From Bacteroidales bacterium (GTDB lineage: Bacteria; Bacteroidota; Bacteroidia; Bacteroidales; F082): a stretch of 64,000 nucleotides of DNA. Positions 32,396 to 42,735 of the stretch are shown one piece after another. Where the stretch lies: the NCBI GenBank assembly GCA_017427985.1, contig JAFRRS010000013.1, positions 4,565 to 68,564 of the forward strand, written 5' to 3'. Every line of letters starts with the position of its first letter. The first letter of the stretch is position 1. Under the pieces are notes generated by a model. It was not told where the DNA came from and searched no databases. It worked only from the letters and a program-made list of their open reading frames with translations. A program made the position numbers and the translations under genes.

Positions 32396-35300
32396 ATGAT
32401 AATCTTTTTCAAAACCCGTCAGAACACTGTCATCGCTGTTGAAAGCGTTGAAAATCACAATGATAACGACATCAAGAAGTTTAACTGGCTCTTCGGCGAC
32501 GCCACAAAAATCGAAGAAAATGTCGTCAAAGGCTTCTTCTTCGGACCGCGCCGCGAGATGATAACACCTTGGAGCACCAACGCCGTCGAAATAACTCAAA
32601 ACATGGGCATTCGCGGCGTTTCTCGTATCGAGGAATTCCATCCCGTCGAGGAAAACGACAACAGCTTCGACCCGATGCTGCAAAACAAATACCACGACCT
32701 CGACCAGAACGTGTTTTTCATCGACCGCAAGCCTGAGCCGCTGAAATATATCACCGACATCGACGCATACAACAACGAGGAAGGACTCGCACTCAGCCAG
32801 GAAGAGATTGATTATCTGAAAGGTATAAGCAAGAAGATAGGCCGCGCCCTCACCGACTCGGAGGTCTACGGCTTCGCACAGGTCAACTCGGAGCACTGCC
32901 GCCATAAGATTTTCAACGGCACCTTTATTATTAATGGCAAGGAGATGCCCGACACGCTCTTCGCACTCATCAAGAAGACCTCGAAGACCAACACCAACCG
33001 CCTCGTTTCGGCATACAAAGACAACGTCGCCTTCATCCTCGGACCGAAGGTCGAGCAGTTCGCGCCGGCAACACAGCACAAAGCCGACTTCTTCAAAATC
33101 AAAGATATAGACACCGTTATCTCTGTCAAGGCAGAGACACATAACTTCCCGACGACCGTCGAGCCGTTCAACGGAGCCGCAACAGGCACCGGCGGTGAGA
33201 TCCGTGACCGTCTCGCTGGCGGTAGAGGCTCTATCCCGTTAGCAGGAACAGCCGTTTACATGACTTGCTACCCTCGTAACGACGAGAGCCGCGAGTGGGA
33301 AGACAACTTCAAAGCACGTCCGTGGCTCTATCAGACTCCTGAAGAGCTGCTCATCAAGGCATCGAACGGCGCATCAGACTTCGGAAACAAGTTCGGGCAG
33401 CCGCTCATCAACGGCTCGCTCCTTACCTTCGAACATAGCGAAAACGACAATAAAACCAACGACTATGGCTACGACAAGGTCATCATGCTCGCAGGCGGTA
33501 TCGGATTCGCTCCAGCCGACGACAGCATGAAGGAAGACCCAGAGCCGGGCGACCTCATCATCGTTTTGGGCGGCGACAACTACCGCATCGGTATGGGCGG
33601 CGCCGCGGTCTCGAGCGTGGGTACCGGACAATATTCCAACGCCATCGAGCTCAACGCCGTGCAGCGTGCCAACCCGGAGATGCAGAAACGTGTGGCTAAC
33701 GTCATCCGCGCCATGGTGGAAAACGACAGCAACCCTGTGCGTTCGATCCACGACCACGGCGCCGGCGGTCACCTCAACTGCCTCAGCGAGCTCATCGACA
33801 AGAGCGGCGGCACGGTCTATGTCGATAACCTCCCGGTCGGCGACCCTACCCTTTCCGACAAGGAAATCATCGGAAACGAGTCGCAGGAACGCATGGGACT
33901 ACTTGTAAATAAACAAGATACGGAGATCATCCGTCAGACAGCCGAACGCGAACGCGCACCTTATTATATGGTTGGCGAATCGACCGACGACCAGCGCCTG
34001 AGATTTGTCCGCAAAAACGGCGTCAATCCTATCGATTTGAGCCTCTCCGACTTCTTCGGAAGCGCTCCAAAGACCGTCCTGACCGACAACGACGTCGATT
34101 ACAAATTCAAGAAAATAGAATATCAGAATAATAAGTTCGAAGATTACCTCAAGAAGGTGCTTCAACTCGAAGGCGTGGCTTGCAAAGACTGGCTCACCAA
34201 CAAGGTTGACCGCTCGGTTACAGGTCGCGTCGCCTTGCAGCAGTGCGCCGGCGAGGTGCAGCTTCCACTCACCGACCTCGGCATTATGGCACTTGACTAT
34301 CAAGGTGTTAGAGGTATCGGAACAGCCCTCGGTCACGCTCCTGCAGCGGCTTTGATAAGCCCTGAAGCAGGCTCGAGATTGTCTGTTGCTGAGTCACTTA
34401 CCAACTTGGTGTGGGCACCGATTGAGGAAAACCTCAAAGGCGTTTCATTGAGTGCCAACTGGATGTGGCCAGCCAAGAACCCGGGCGAGAACGCACGACT
34501 CTATCGCGCTGTTAAAGCGTTGAGCGACTTTGTGTTAGCTCTCGGCATCAACGTCCCGACAGGTAAAGACTCCTTGTCGATGACGCAGAAATACAAGAAC
34601 GGTCAGAAGGTCCTCGCTCCTGGCACCGTCATCGTGACGGCAGCAGGCGAAGTCACCGACATCCGTAAAGCCGTTAAGCCAGTGATTGTCAACGACAAAG
34701 ACACTGAGATTCTGTACATCGACTTCTCGAAAGACGCATTCAAACTCGGCGGCAGCAGCTTCGCACAGATTATCAACAGAGTCGGCGAAAATACTCCAGA
34801 CATCGTTGATACTGAATACTTTAAGAAGTGTTTCAACACCTTACAGAAGCTCCTTGAGCAGAAACTCGTCCTTGCAGGTCACGACGTGTCGGCAGGCGGC
34901 TTGATCACCACTTTGCTTGAGATGACGTTCGCCAACAACGAAGGCGGTATGGACATCGACCTCAGCGCTTTCGCAGGCAACGACCTCATCAGCGTGGCAT
35001 TCAGCGAGCAACCGGCTGTCGTTATCCAAGTTAGAGATAAGAAAGTCAAGGAGTTACTCGACAAAGAAGGCGTTAAATATGCCGTCATCGGCAAGCCAAA
35101 CAGCAAGCGCAGTATTTCGTTGAAGAAAGATAAAGAAGCTTACGAATTGGATATCAATGCTTTACGCGACCTCTGGTATAAGAGTTCATATCTCCTCGAC
35201 AGAAAACAGAGCGGCGAAGCGAAGGCAAAAGAACGTTTCGAAAACTATAAGAATCAAGCACTTAAGTTCGATTTCGGCAGTTTCACAGGCAAGGCCAAAG

Positions 35301-36091
35301 ATTTGGGCATCGACATGCACCGTCGCACTCCTTCGGGCATAAAAGCCGCCATCATCCGTGAAAAAGGCTGCCAATGTGACCGCGAAATGGCTTATGCGCT
35401 CTACACCGCCGGATTCGACGTCAAGGACGTGCACATGACCGACCTCGTAAGCGGACGCGAAGACCTCAGCGACGTGAACATGATAGTGTTTGTTGGCGGT
35501 TTCAGCAACTCCGACGTTCTCGGTTCGGCTAAGGGCTGGGCAGGAGCATTCCTCTTCAACGAGAAAGCTCGCAAAGCTCTCGAGAACTTCTACAAACGTC
35601 CTGACACCATGAGTCTCGGCGTCTGCAACGGCTGCCAGCTCATGACCGAGCTCAACCTCATTTACCCTGACCACGACAAGCATCCGCACATGATTCACAA
35701 CGACTCACACAAGTTCGAGTCTGGATTCGTGAACGTAAACATCGAGGACAGCAACAGCATCATGCTCTCGACGCTCAAAGGACGCCGTCTCGGTGTGTGG
35801 ATTGCTCACGGCGAGGGCAAGTTCAACTTCCCTTACGGCGAAGAGAAATACGACATCGCGATGCGTTACAGCTACAGCGGATACCCAGCCAATCCTAACG
35901 GTTCGCCATGGTCGGCAGCGGCCATCACCTCCGCCGACGGCCGTCATCTCGCGATGATGCCTCACCTCGAAAGAGCTTTCTTACCATGGCAGTGGGCGTA
36001 CTATCCAGACGACCGCAAAAACGACGAGATAGCACCATGGATTGAGGCGTTTGTGAATGCGAGGGAATGGATAAAGAAAAATAAGAAGTAG
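32396..36091 (+). CDS. purL: phosphoribosylformylglycinamidine (FGAM) synthase, single-chain form
   Basis: 1231 aa. It has duplicated AIR-synthase-like halves and a C-terminal glutaminase with [10 protein letters not shown]. Confidence 0.97.
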   Translation: MIIFFKTRQNTVIAVESVENHNDNDIKKFNWLFGDATKIEENVVKGFFFGPRREMITPWSTNAVEITQNMGIRGVSRIEEFHPVEENDNSFDPMLQNKYHDLDQNVFFIDRKPEPLKYITDIDAYNNEEGLALSQEEIDYLKGISKKIGRALTDSEVYGFAQVNSEHCRHKIFNGTFIINGKEMPDTLFALIKKTSKTNTNRLVSAYKDNVAFILGPKVEQFAPATQHKADFFKIKDIDTVISVKAETHNFPTTVEPFNGAATGTGGEIRDRLAGGRGSIPLAGTAVYMTCYPRNDESREWEDNFKARPWLYQTPEELLIKASNGASDFGNKFGQPLINGSLLTFEHSENDNKTNDYGYDKVIMLAGGIGFAPADDSMKEDPEPGDLIIVLGGDNYRIGMGGAAVSSVGTGQYSNAIELNAVQRANPEMQKRVANVIRAMVENDSNPVRSIHDHGAGGHLNCLSELIDKSGGTVYVDNLPVGDPTLSDKEIIGNESQERMGLLVNKQDTEIIRQTAERERAPYYMVGESTDDQRLRFVRKNGVNPIDLSLSDFFGSAPKTVLTDNDVDYKFKKIEYQNNKFEDYLKKVLQLEGVACKDWLTNKVDRSVTGRVALQQCAGEVQLPLTDLGIMALDYQGVRGIGTALGHAPAAALISPEAGSRLSVAESLTNLVWAPIEENLKGVSLSANWMWPAKNPGENARLYRAVKALSDFVLALGINVPTGKDSLSMTQKYKNGQKVLAPGTVIVTAAGEVTDIRKAVKPVIVNDKDTEILYIDFSKDAFKLGGSSFAQIINRVGENTPDIVDTEYFKKCFNTLQKLLEQKLVLAGHDVSAGGLITTLLEMTFANNEGGMDIDLSAFAGNDLISVAFSEQPAVVIQVRDKKVKELLDKEGVKYAVIGKPNSKRSISLKKDKEAYELDINALRDLWYKSSYLLDRKQSGEAKAKERFENYKNQALKFDFGSFTGKAKDLGIDMHRRTPSGIKAAIIREKGCQCDREMAYALYTAGFDVKDVHMTDLVSGREDLSDVNMIVFVGGFSNSDVLGSAKGWAGAFLFNEKARKALENFYKRPDTMSLGVCNGCQLMTELNLIYPDHDKHPHMIHNDSHKFESGFVNVNIEDSNSIMLSTLKGRRLGVWIAHGEGKFNFPYGEEKYDIAMRYSYSGYPANPNGSPWSAAAITSADGRHLAMMPHLERAFLPWQWAYYPDDRKNDEIAPWIEAFVNAREWIKKNKK

Positions 36092-37204
36092 TTACATCAA
36101 CTTCTTCAAATCCTCCATATCCGGCAAGGCTTCCCGAAGTCTTGCCGGAAGTTCTTTTGATGTACGATAAGTCGCGACACCCATTGGTTTCGAGGTATCT
36201 GAAAACGATAGTTGTACAATCTCTTCATTTTTCGATTTACACAAAATTATCCCAATTGACGGATTCTCATCTGGGAGTTTCACATATTTATCCAATGCTG
36301 CAAGATAAAAATTGAGTTTCCCAGTATATTCAGGCTTAAACTCACCTCTTTTTAATTCAAAAGCCACCAAGCTTCTCAGCTTACGCGAATAAAAAAGCAG
36401 ATCGACGAAATATTCCTTTCCTGCCACTTCCACTCGGAACTGATTGCCGATGTAAGCGAAATCGGAGCCAAAAGCCATTATAAAATTCTTGATATTTCTG
36501 ATGATCTCGTTTTCAATAACACGTTCATCAACTACATCATCATTTTCAACATCAACAAAATCAATCACATAGTTATCTTTAAATGACTGCAGTGCCTTTT
36601 GTTTAAACTTCGGTTCAGCAAGCGTCGTCCCAAAATTAGTCTGATGAATTTTGCCTTCTTTCTCGTAAAGGTTTTCGTTGATGTGGTATCTTGTTGTATC
36701 AACATCCCAGAACTCAGATGCACATCTTCTGATATAAAACAATCGCTCTTTAAATGATTTAGTTTTCGATAATATTACATTATGATTCGTAAAACTAACA
36801 TTTAAAAAAGCATTCAAATCGTCGTCGGTAAATTCGTCAGTTGACAACTGACGAATTTCTAACTCTTTGACTATTATACTATTAAAATCGCCAGTTGACA
36901 ACTGGCGATTTTCAAACACATCTTTCCAGCTCTCATAAAAAGTTCTCATCAACTTAATATTTGATTCTGAATATCCCCTTAATCCCGGCAACTCCTTTTG
37001 CAAAAGTTCGGAAATGATTTTTATGGCATTACTACCCCACTTCGCCGAACGGCTGTTGATGGAAATGAACCGCCCGATAGCGTAATTAAGGTACAAAACC
37101 TCTTTGTTGACATGTTGAATCGCGCGATAACGGCTCTGCGTTATGGCATCTTTCAAGGCTTTCACCGCCTGCAAATAATCTTGTGTAATCATTAAAGATT
37201 CCAT
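36092..37204 (-). CDS. PDDEXK nuclease-fold protein, YhcG/DUF1016 family (copy 2)
   Basis: The core reads YFVDLLFYSRKLRSLVAFELKRGEFKPEYTGKLNFYL...PSIGIILC. Its stop codon directly abuts the purL stop. Confidence 0.75.
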   Translation of the reverse strand: MESLMITQDYLQAVKALKDAITQSRYRAIQHVNKEVLYLNYAIGRFISINSRSAKWGSNAIKIISELLQKELPGLRGYSESNIKLMRTFYESWKDVFENRQLSTGDFNSIIVKELEIRQLSTDEFTDDDLNAFLNVSFTNHNVILSKTKSFKERLFYIRRCASEFWDVDTTRYHINENLYEKEGKIHQTNFGTTLAEPKFKQKALQSFKDNYVIDFVDVENDDVVDERVIENEIIRNIKNFIMAFGSDFAYIGNQFRVEVAGKEYFVDLLFYSRKLRSLVAFELKRGEFKPEYTGKLNFYLAALDKYVKLPDENPSIGIILCKSKNEEIVQLSFSDTSKPMGVATYRTSKELPARLREALPDMEDLKKLM

Positions 37205-37354
37205 AAATTTTAAATTACATAGTTAAACAAAAATAAAACGATAATATCAACTTATCGTTTGAGTTTCATGTTACAAAAATACAAAAAATATTTAAAAAAA
37301 GCAACTTTTTAACTTTTTTTTCTTCCAAATTGATTTGTATTTCATTTTTATTCT

Positions 37355-37362
37355 TATCTTTG
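37355..37362 (+). promoter_or_regulatory. -7 box TATCTTTG
   Basis: It matches TAnnTTTG. It lies ~320 nt upstream of the lipoprotein ATG at 37682. Confidence 0.45.
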
Positions 37363-37369
37363 TACCGTT

Positions 37370-37620
37370 GTTAGCTAAGTTGTTAACAACAAACATATTA
37401 AGAAAAGGCGTTGTACTACGCTTTATCTGCGGAAAACAGAATCTCGCAAATTCAAACCGTCTGCACGATAAGGCAAAGCTAACGCCCATTAGTTGCTTAT
37501 ACATTCCTTATTGTATATTCTAACAGCGTGGGCTTCAGCATTGCTTATTCTCAGACGGTGGGCAATGCGAGAGCCTTGTTTTCGGGATGAGCAATAGTTC
37601 TGACTCCCGCGCTTCTTTTT
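37370..37620 (+). ncRNA. candidate structured leader or ncRNA (unclassified)
   Basis: Nested long-range helices were read by eye. GAAAACAG (37432-39) pairs with CT(T)GTTTTC (37574-83). TCTCGCA (37443-49) pairs with TGCGAGA (37566-72). ACCGTCTG (37456-63) pairs with CAGACGGT (37552-59). The T-run 37612-37621 follows a weak CGGGA/TCCCG stem. Confidence 0.35.
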
Positions 37621-37681
37621 TATATGTTTCCAAAGTAATCTTTTAATTAGCGTTTGGGGAGTAACGCATAAAGGAGGTTTT

Positions 37682-38593
37682 ATGATAAAATCAAAAATAA
37701 TAATGCTGTTTATAACAACGGCATTGTTACTATCTTCATGTGCCACTTATCTTGACGTCAAAGGGGTAGCGTATCAATCAATTCGCTCGGAAAATTATGC
37801 CGACACGAAAGAGATTCCATCAGATGTATCTATTGTGGTTTATTGCAATATAGATGCTTCAGGTTTGTTTGATGTAACAATTTTGAACAACACTGACAAG
37901 GTTATGACCATTGACCGGACTAAAACTTTTTTTAGCGATGGAACTGGCAATTCGATTACTTACTATGACCCGACCATCATAGCAAACTCACAATCTGTAA
38001 CACAGGGTAATACAACAGGAGGCAGTGTTAATCTTGGTGCCATTGCCGGAGCTGTTGGTGTAGGCGGTGCTTTAGGCACTGCACTAAGCGGTGTTACCGT
38101 TGGTGGTGCTAACAGCACTGCCACAACTAACACTAACACCACTTATGTTATTGATCAACCACAAATACACATACCTCCTCATGGTTTATCTTCTTTGGGA
38201 AGGGTTTTTCAAATCTCAGGCATTGGAAAAGGATTCCTTAGCCAAGCTATTAATTCCACATCTCAAGATGTTAATAATTCTTTTACACCAAAACAGACTT
38301 ACGCATCCGTCAACTTATGTGTTTCATATTCGACAGACAATGAAACATTTGAAACTATAGTAACAGACATCTATGCAAACAGTCTATTGGTCAGCAAAGT
38401 TAGGACAACTGGCAAAGTTAACGATGCATTGAGAAGAATTTATACCTATAAAAACGATGCGTTGTCAGAATCATGGTATTTATTGTTTTTCGAATCAAAA
38501 GCTGGTGATAGCAACAATTATTTCGAATGGCCACAAGAATATAGGGGCAATAATTTTTATTCAGAAACAAAATCTTTTATTAATTACAAATAA
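37682..38593 (+). CDS. lipoprotein of unknown function with a Gly/Thr-rich middle
   Basis: 303 aa with lipobox LLLSSC. AAGGAGG at 37671-37677 sits 4 nt before the ATG. Confidence 0.6.
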   Translation: MIKSKIIMLFITTALLLSSCATYLDVKGVAYQSIRSENYADTKEIPSDVSIVVYCNIDASGLFDVTILNNTDKVMTIDRTKTFFSDGTGNSITYYDPTIIANSQSVTQGNTTGGSVNLGAIAGAVGVGGALGTALSGVTVGGANSTATTNTNTTYVIDQPQIHIPPHGLSSLGRVFQISGIGKGFLSQAINSTSQDVNNSFTPKQTYASVNLCVSYSTDNETFETIVTDIYANSLLVSKVRTTGKVNDALRRIYTYKNDALSESWYLLFFESKAGDSNNYFEWPQEYRGNNFYSETKSFINYK

Positions 38594-38595
38594 TC

Positions 38596-39120
38596 ATGAA
38601 AAAGCAAATATTTAAAATAATAGCACTTTTGCTAACAATAGCAATGCTGTCATCGTGCAGCACGCAAACTTTTATTGTTCATGGCACTCCAGGTACAGTT
38701 ATTTCTAATTCAAACAACGAAGATATTGCTGTTATTGATAAAACAGGGCAAGCAAATATTACTTTGGAAAGAAAACCTTATTCACATTATCTATTGGCAA
38801 AATCTCCAAATTCTGATGTAAAGGTCCCATTCGCCTTAGATTATAAAAACCATAATAGAAATCTTCCGAACAGCCTAATATGCGTAGGAGCTGCCGCCAT
38901 ATCGTTAGCAATAGCAGTAACGGCTGGTCAGGGAGAACCAATGAATATTCCTAATCTTGTTATCGGTATAGTAGGTGTAGTAGGAAGTTATATGGCTTTT
39001 ATTAAAATCATGACAAATTCTGGTAGGGAAAACGACGTTTATCGCAATTATGATTATTTACCGAATCAAACAACAAATAACGATTTGATAATTAACAACA
39101 ATACTAAAATCACAGAATAA
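38596..39120 (+). CDS. lipoprotein/membrane protein of unknown function
   Basis: 174 aa with lipobox AMLSSC and two C-terminal hydrophobic helices. A 2-nt gap separates it from the upstream gene. Confidence 0.6.
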   Translation: MKKQIFKIIALLLTIAMLSSCSTQTFIVHGTPGTVISNSNNEDIAVIDKTGQANITLERKPYSHYLLAKSPNSDVKVPFALDYKNHNRNLPNSLICVGAAAISLAIAVTAGQGEPMNIPNLVIGIVGVVGSYMAFIKIMTNSGRENDVYRNYDYLPNQTTNNDLIINNNTKITE

Positions 39121-39219
39121 GAATTTCGTTTAAATTAGTGCCGGAGGCACGACACCTTATTTACCCCGCACAAGCGCAGCGCAGTGTGGGGGCCTCGCAG
39201 AGAAAAACCAAACAATAAT

Positions 39220-39255
39220 GGTGAGGCGCGCCGGAACGGCGCGCCTCACCATTTT
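39220..39255 (+). terminator. strong rho-independent terminator
   Basis: The stem GGTGAGGCGCGCCG-gaa-CGGCGCGCCTCACC (14 bp) is followed by ATTTT. Confidence 0.85.
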
Positions 39256-39346
39256 GATATATATCACATCCTATCACAAATCGCCCCAGGCGTTGCCTGG
39301 GGCTAATAGGATGGCGTGCCTTCAGCACGCTTTGGACTCAACAGAT

Positions 39347-39694
39347 TTACTCCATTTCTGAAATCATTTTTTCAATAAAAGGTTTCATTGTCGGGATATC
39401 ATTTTGTATAGTTTCCCATAATTGGTCTGGACGAATTTTATAATACCCATGAACCAAAACATGACGCATTCGCTCAATGTCATCCCAAGGAAGTTCATTA
39501 TGTTCAATGCGAAATTCTTTTGTCAGCATGTAAACTGCTTCACCAATAATTTCAACTTGTTTAACAAATCCATAAAACACAATAGGATCAGTTGAAACCT
39601 CTTCAAATGTATGCTTTTCTTTTGATGAAAGTATTACATTTATAGAGTTCAATATGTGCTCTAACCTTTCCTTATCCCTAATTTTCTCTCTCAT
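39347..39694 (-). CDS. hepT: HepT-like HEPN toxin (DUF86)
   Basis: 115 aa with an Rx4H motif in ERMRHVLVHGYY. It overlaps the upstream NTase gene by 17 nt. Confidence 0.8.
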   Translation of the reverse strand: MREKIRDKERLEHILNSINVILSSKEKHTFEEVSTDPIVFYGFVKQVEIIGEAVYMLTKEFRIEHNELPWDDIERMRHVLVHGYYKIRPDQLWETIQNDIPTMKPFIEKMISEME

Positions 39695-39983
39695 AAATCA
39701 AAATCTTATCTCTATTTGCACTCTCAGCTGCACTCGGTATCAAACATCCTTCCTCAACAAGGTCAACGCGACGATTTAACACCTTTTCAAGCATTCCCAT
39801 CATGTGAGAAATCGTCATCAATGAAATCCTTGCATTTTTATCATATCTGACAAGAATATCCACATCACTTTCAGAAGTCTCCTCCCCTCTTGAAAACGAA
39901 CCAAACAGCCATGCTTTCAAAACAGGTTGTGTTTTGAAATAATTGGCAATTAAATCGGTCATTTCCAGTGTATGTATACTCAT
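39678..39983 (-). CDS. mntA: MntA-like minimal nucleotidyltransferase antitoxin
   Basis: The motif LFGSFSRGEETSESDVDILV (GSxxRG..DxD) is present. I prefer the internal ATG (MSIHTLEM..). Confidence 0.8.
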   Translation of the reverse strand: MSIHTLEMTDLIANYFKTQPVLKAWLFGSFSRGEETSESDVDILVRYDKNARISLMTISHMMGMLEKVLNRRVDLVEEGCLIPSAAESANRDKILIYEREN

Positions 39984-40048
39984 TGTATTATTGTTGATTT
40001 TGCAAAAATACAAAATAATTACAATTTCGTCAAGTTTTTTCTGTTTTT

Positions 40049-41047
40049 TTATCTCATCAGCTTATATATCATCTCCCGATACAAATCCTTTTGACTTATA
40101 TCGCCGACGTTGTATCCTTTTGATTTCAAATCAAATTCCCTTAAAACGGCAATGTTTTCAACGCATTTTTTGATATTGTAACGTCGGGCGGCCTCGAAGT
40201 AATCGTCGACAAAGAAGGGACTTACACCTAAAACACTTGCAACGTTGTTTTTCGATTTGTCGGTGGCGTAATGCAGCTTCAGGAGCTTGCAGTAATAGGC
40301 GTAAAGCATTATCACTGTGGCGATTAGCGGATTTTCTTTTGTGTTGTCGCCGAAATAATTGATGATTTGAACCGCCTTGGGGAAGTCGCCATAGCTGATG
40401 GCTTTCTGAAGCTCAAACACATTGAAATCCTTGGAGATTCCGATGTTGTACTCCACGTCGAAATCGTCGATTTCTTTTTTCTGAGGCACCGCAACCATCA
40501 GCTTTTCCAACTCGTTGCGCACCTTCAGCAGGTCGGTGCCGAGATAGTCGGCGAGCATCTGGCAGGCTTTGTGCTGAATCTTATAGTTGCGCCCGCTGAG
40601 ATAATTGACAATCCATTTCGGGATGTCGCGGTCGTATAGCTTCTTCGACTCGAACAAAACATAGTCTTTGTCTAATGTTTTCGCGAACTTCAGACGCTTG
40701 TCGAGCTTTTTGTATTTGTAGTTTAAAACTAAAATCGTGGTCTCAGGAATCATCTCCAAAAACGGTTCCATCGACTCGATATTTTTCACGTCTTGAGCTT
40801 CTTTTACAATGATTACCAAGTAGTTACCCATCATCGGGAAGTTGCGCGCCTGCGTCACGATGTCGTGCACATTGACGTCCTTTCCGTAAAGGATAATCTG
40901 GTTGAAAGCCTTGTCGGCTTCATCCAGCACGGTGCTCTCGATGGCGTCGCTGATTGAGTCGATGAAATACGGCTCCTCACCCATCAGAAAATACACCGGA
41001 TGGTAAATCTTGTTTTTGATGTCCGAAAGAATCTGCTCGTAGGTCAT
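40049..41047 (-). CDS. holA: DNA polymerase III delta subunit
   Basis: 332 aa. The N-terminus YHPVYFLMGEEPYFID and the overall layout are typical of HolA, from memory. Confidence 0.75.
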   Translation of the reverse strand: MTYEQILSDIKNKIYHPVYFLMGEEPYFIDSISDAIESTVLDEADKAFNQIILYGKDVNVHDIVTQARNFPMMGNYLVIIVKEAQDVKNIESMEPFLEMIPETTILVLNYKYKKLDKRLKFAKTLDKDYVLFESKKLYDRDIPKWIVNYLSGRNYKIQHKACQMLADYLGTDLLKVRNELEKLMVAVPQKKEIDDFDVEYNIGISKDFNVFELQKAISYGDFPKAVQIINYFGDNTKENPLIATVIMLYAYYCKLLKLHYATDKSKNNVASVLGVSPFFVDDYFEAARRYNIKKCVENIAVLREFDLKSKGYNVGDISQKDLYREMIYKLMR

Positions 41048-41817
41048 CAGAACTGCAAGTGTTTGACTGTCAGTTTGTTTTCTATAATCTGATGTAATGC
41101 GTCGATGCCTATCTTGATGTGCTCGTCAACGAACATCGAGCTCACTTTCTTGTCGCTTGCCTCAGTTTTCACGCCTTCAGGAATCATCGGCTGGTCGGAA
41201 ACGAGGAGCAATGCGCCTGTTGGAATCTCATTGGCAAAGCCGGCGGCAAAGATGGTAGCAGTCTCCATATCGACCGCCATGCAACGTGTCTTGTGCAGAT
41301 ATTCCTTAAATTCTTCATCGTATTCCCACACGCGTCTATTTGTTGTATAGACGGTACCTGTCCAGTAGTCGTGACCGTGGTCGCGGATGGTTGTCGAGAT
41401 AGCTTTCTGCAGCGAGAAGGCCGGCAGCGCAGGAACTTCAGGCAAGAGATAGTTGTTCGACGTTCCTTCGCCACGGATTGCAGCGATAGGCAGGATGAGG
41501 TCACCGACCTGGTTTTTCTTCTTCACACCGCCGCATTTTCCCAGGAAAAGCACGGCTTTCGGATGAACAGCGCTCAGCAAATCCATGATTGTGGCAGCGT
41601 TGGCGCTTCCCATTCCGAAGTTGATCATCGTGATGTCGCCTGCCGTGGCGCAAGGCATCGAGCGGTCGCGGCTCACTATCGAGACGTGGTTCCAGAATGC
41701 AAAAAGCTCCAGATAATGAGAGAAATTCGTCAAAAGAATATATTCCCCAAACTTGTCCAGCGCTTGTCCAGTGTAGCGTGGCAGCCAGTTTTCCGTGATT
41801 TCCTGTTTCGTCTTCAT
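41047..41817 (-). CDS. AMP nucleosidase (short PNP/UDP-fold form)
   Basis: 256 aa with a PNP_UDP-type core (NFGMGSANAATIMDLL, VDMETATIFA). The N-terminus ENWLPRYTG matches Bacteroidota AMP nucleosidases as I recall them. Confidence 0.65.
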   Translation of the reverse strand: MKTKQEITENWLPRYTGQALDKFGEYILLTNFSHYLELFAFWNHVSIVSRDRSMPCATAGDITMINFGMGSANAATIMDLLSAVHPKAVLFLGKCGGVKKKNQVGDLILPIAAIRGEGTSNNYLLPEVPALPAFSLQKAISTTIRDHGHDYWTGTVYTTNRRVWEYDEEFKEYLHKTRCMAVDMETATIFAAGFANEIPTGALLLVSDQPMIPEGVKTEASDKKVSSMFVDEHIKIGIDALHQIIENKLTVKHLQF

Positions 41818-41878
41818 AACGTATAATTTTTTGCAAAGATAGGTTAAATTTTCTGTATTTTTGCAAAAATTTTTGAAA

Positions 41879-42655
41879 ATGGCAATATTATTTGAAAATC
41901 TGGTTTTCGGGCCGATTCATAGTCGCAGGTTGGGTAACTCGCTGGGTGTCAATTTGATGCCGGTGATTGGAAAGATTTGCACCTTTAACTGTGTTTATTG
42001 CGAATGCGGCTGGAATCCGGAGAAAAGAAACGAGCGCCCGCATCTGGCGACACCGCAGGAATATGAGCAAACACTGGAGAATGCGCTGAAAGAACTCGTC
42101 GGGACGACAAAAGAACCCGACAGCATCACGTTTTCAGGCAACGGCGAGCCGACACTGCATCCTGATTTTCCGGAAATCATCGACATAACCGTAAGACTAC
42201 GAGACAGATACGTTCCGAAAGCCGTCATCAGCGTGCTGACGAACGGCACGAGGATTCACGACGAGAAAATCTTCAAGGCACTGCATAAAGTCGACAACAA
42301 CATCTGCAAACTAGACGGCGGCACCATCGACACAATTAATAAGGTGAATCTTCCAAACGTAAAAATCAATCTCGAGCAATACATCGAAGACCTGCAACGC
42401 TTTGACGGTCAAGTGGTTATACAAACGCTTTTCCTACGCGGAGAGCACAATGGCGAGATAATCGACAACACGACGGAAGAGGAAATCAACCTCTGGCTCG
42501 ACCATCTTAAAAAGATAAAACCAAGAAAAACAATGATTTACGTCATCGACAGAGAGACTCCCGAGAAAAACCTCGAGAAGCTTTCAAAAGAAGAGATGAG
42601 CAGCATAGCCGAAAGAGTTAAATCATTGGGTTTCAACGTGGAATATTATTCATAA
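41879..42655 (+). CDS. radical SAM protein
   Basis: The CxxxCxxC motif occurs in GKICTFNCVYCECGW. The ORF-track TTG start overlaps the -7 box TATTTTTG (41856-41863). I therefore use the ATG at 41879. Confidence 0.8.
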   Translation: MAILFENLVFGPIHSRRLGNSLGVNLMPVIGKICTFNCVYCECGWNPEKRNERPHLATPQEYEQTLENALKELVGTTKEPDSITFSGNGEPTLHPDFPEIIDITVRLRDRYVPKAVISVLTNGTRIHDEKIFKALHKVDNNICKLDGGTIDTINKVNLPNVKINLEQYIEDLQRFDGQVVIQTLFLRGEHNGEIIDNTTEEEINLWLDHLKKIKPRKTMIYVIDRETPEKNLEKLSKEEMSSIAERVKSLGFNVEYYS

Positions 42656-42735
42656 AATATTTTTAAAAATTTTAGTTCCTATTAAAAAAATTGCTAAATT
42701 TGCAACGCAAAAAATGTAAATAAAAGTTAATCATC

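Noticed and set aside
32318-33142. 274-aa minus-strand ORF overlapping the 5' end of purL
   Set aside because: It lies entirely antisense to a very well-supported purL reading frame. Its composition is odd (V/D/E/L-rich) and it has no motif. This is a typical shadow ORF.
37370-37620. The idea that this structured region is tmRNA, 6S RNA, RNase P RNA or a retron msr/msd
   Set aside because: There is no tRNA-like acceptor/T-arm ends and no ..ALAA-type tag reading frame. There is no GAGGAAAGUCC-type RNase P core. No reverse transcriptase gene lies nearby. It is kept only as an unclassified candidate.
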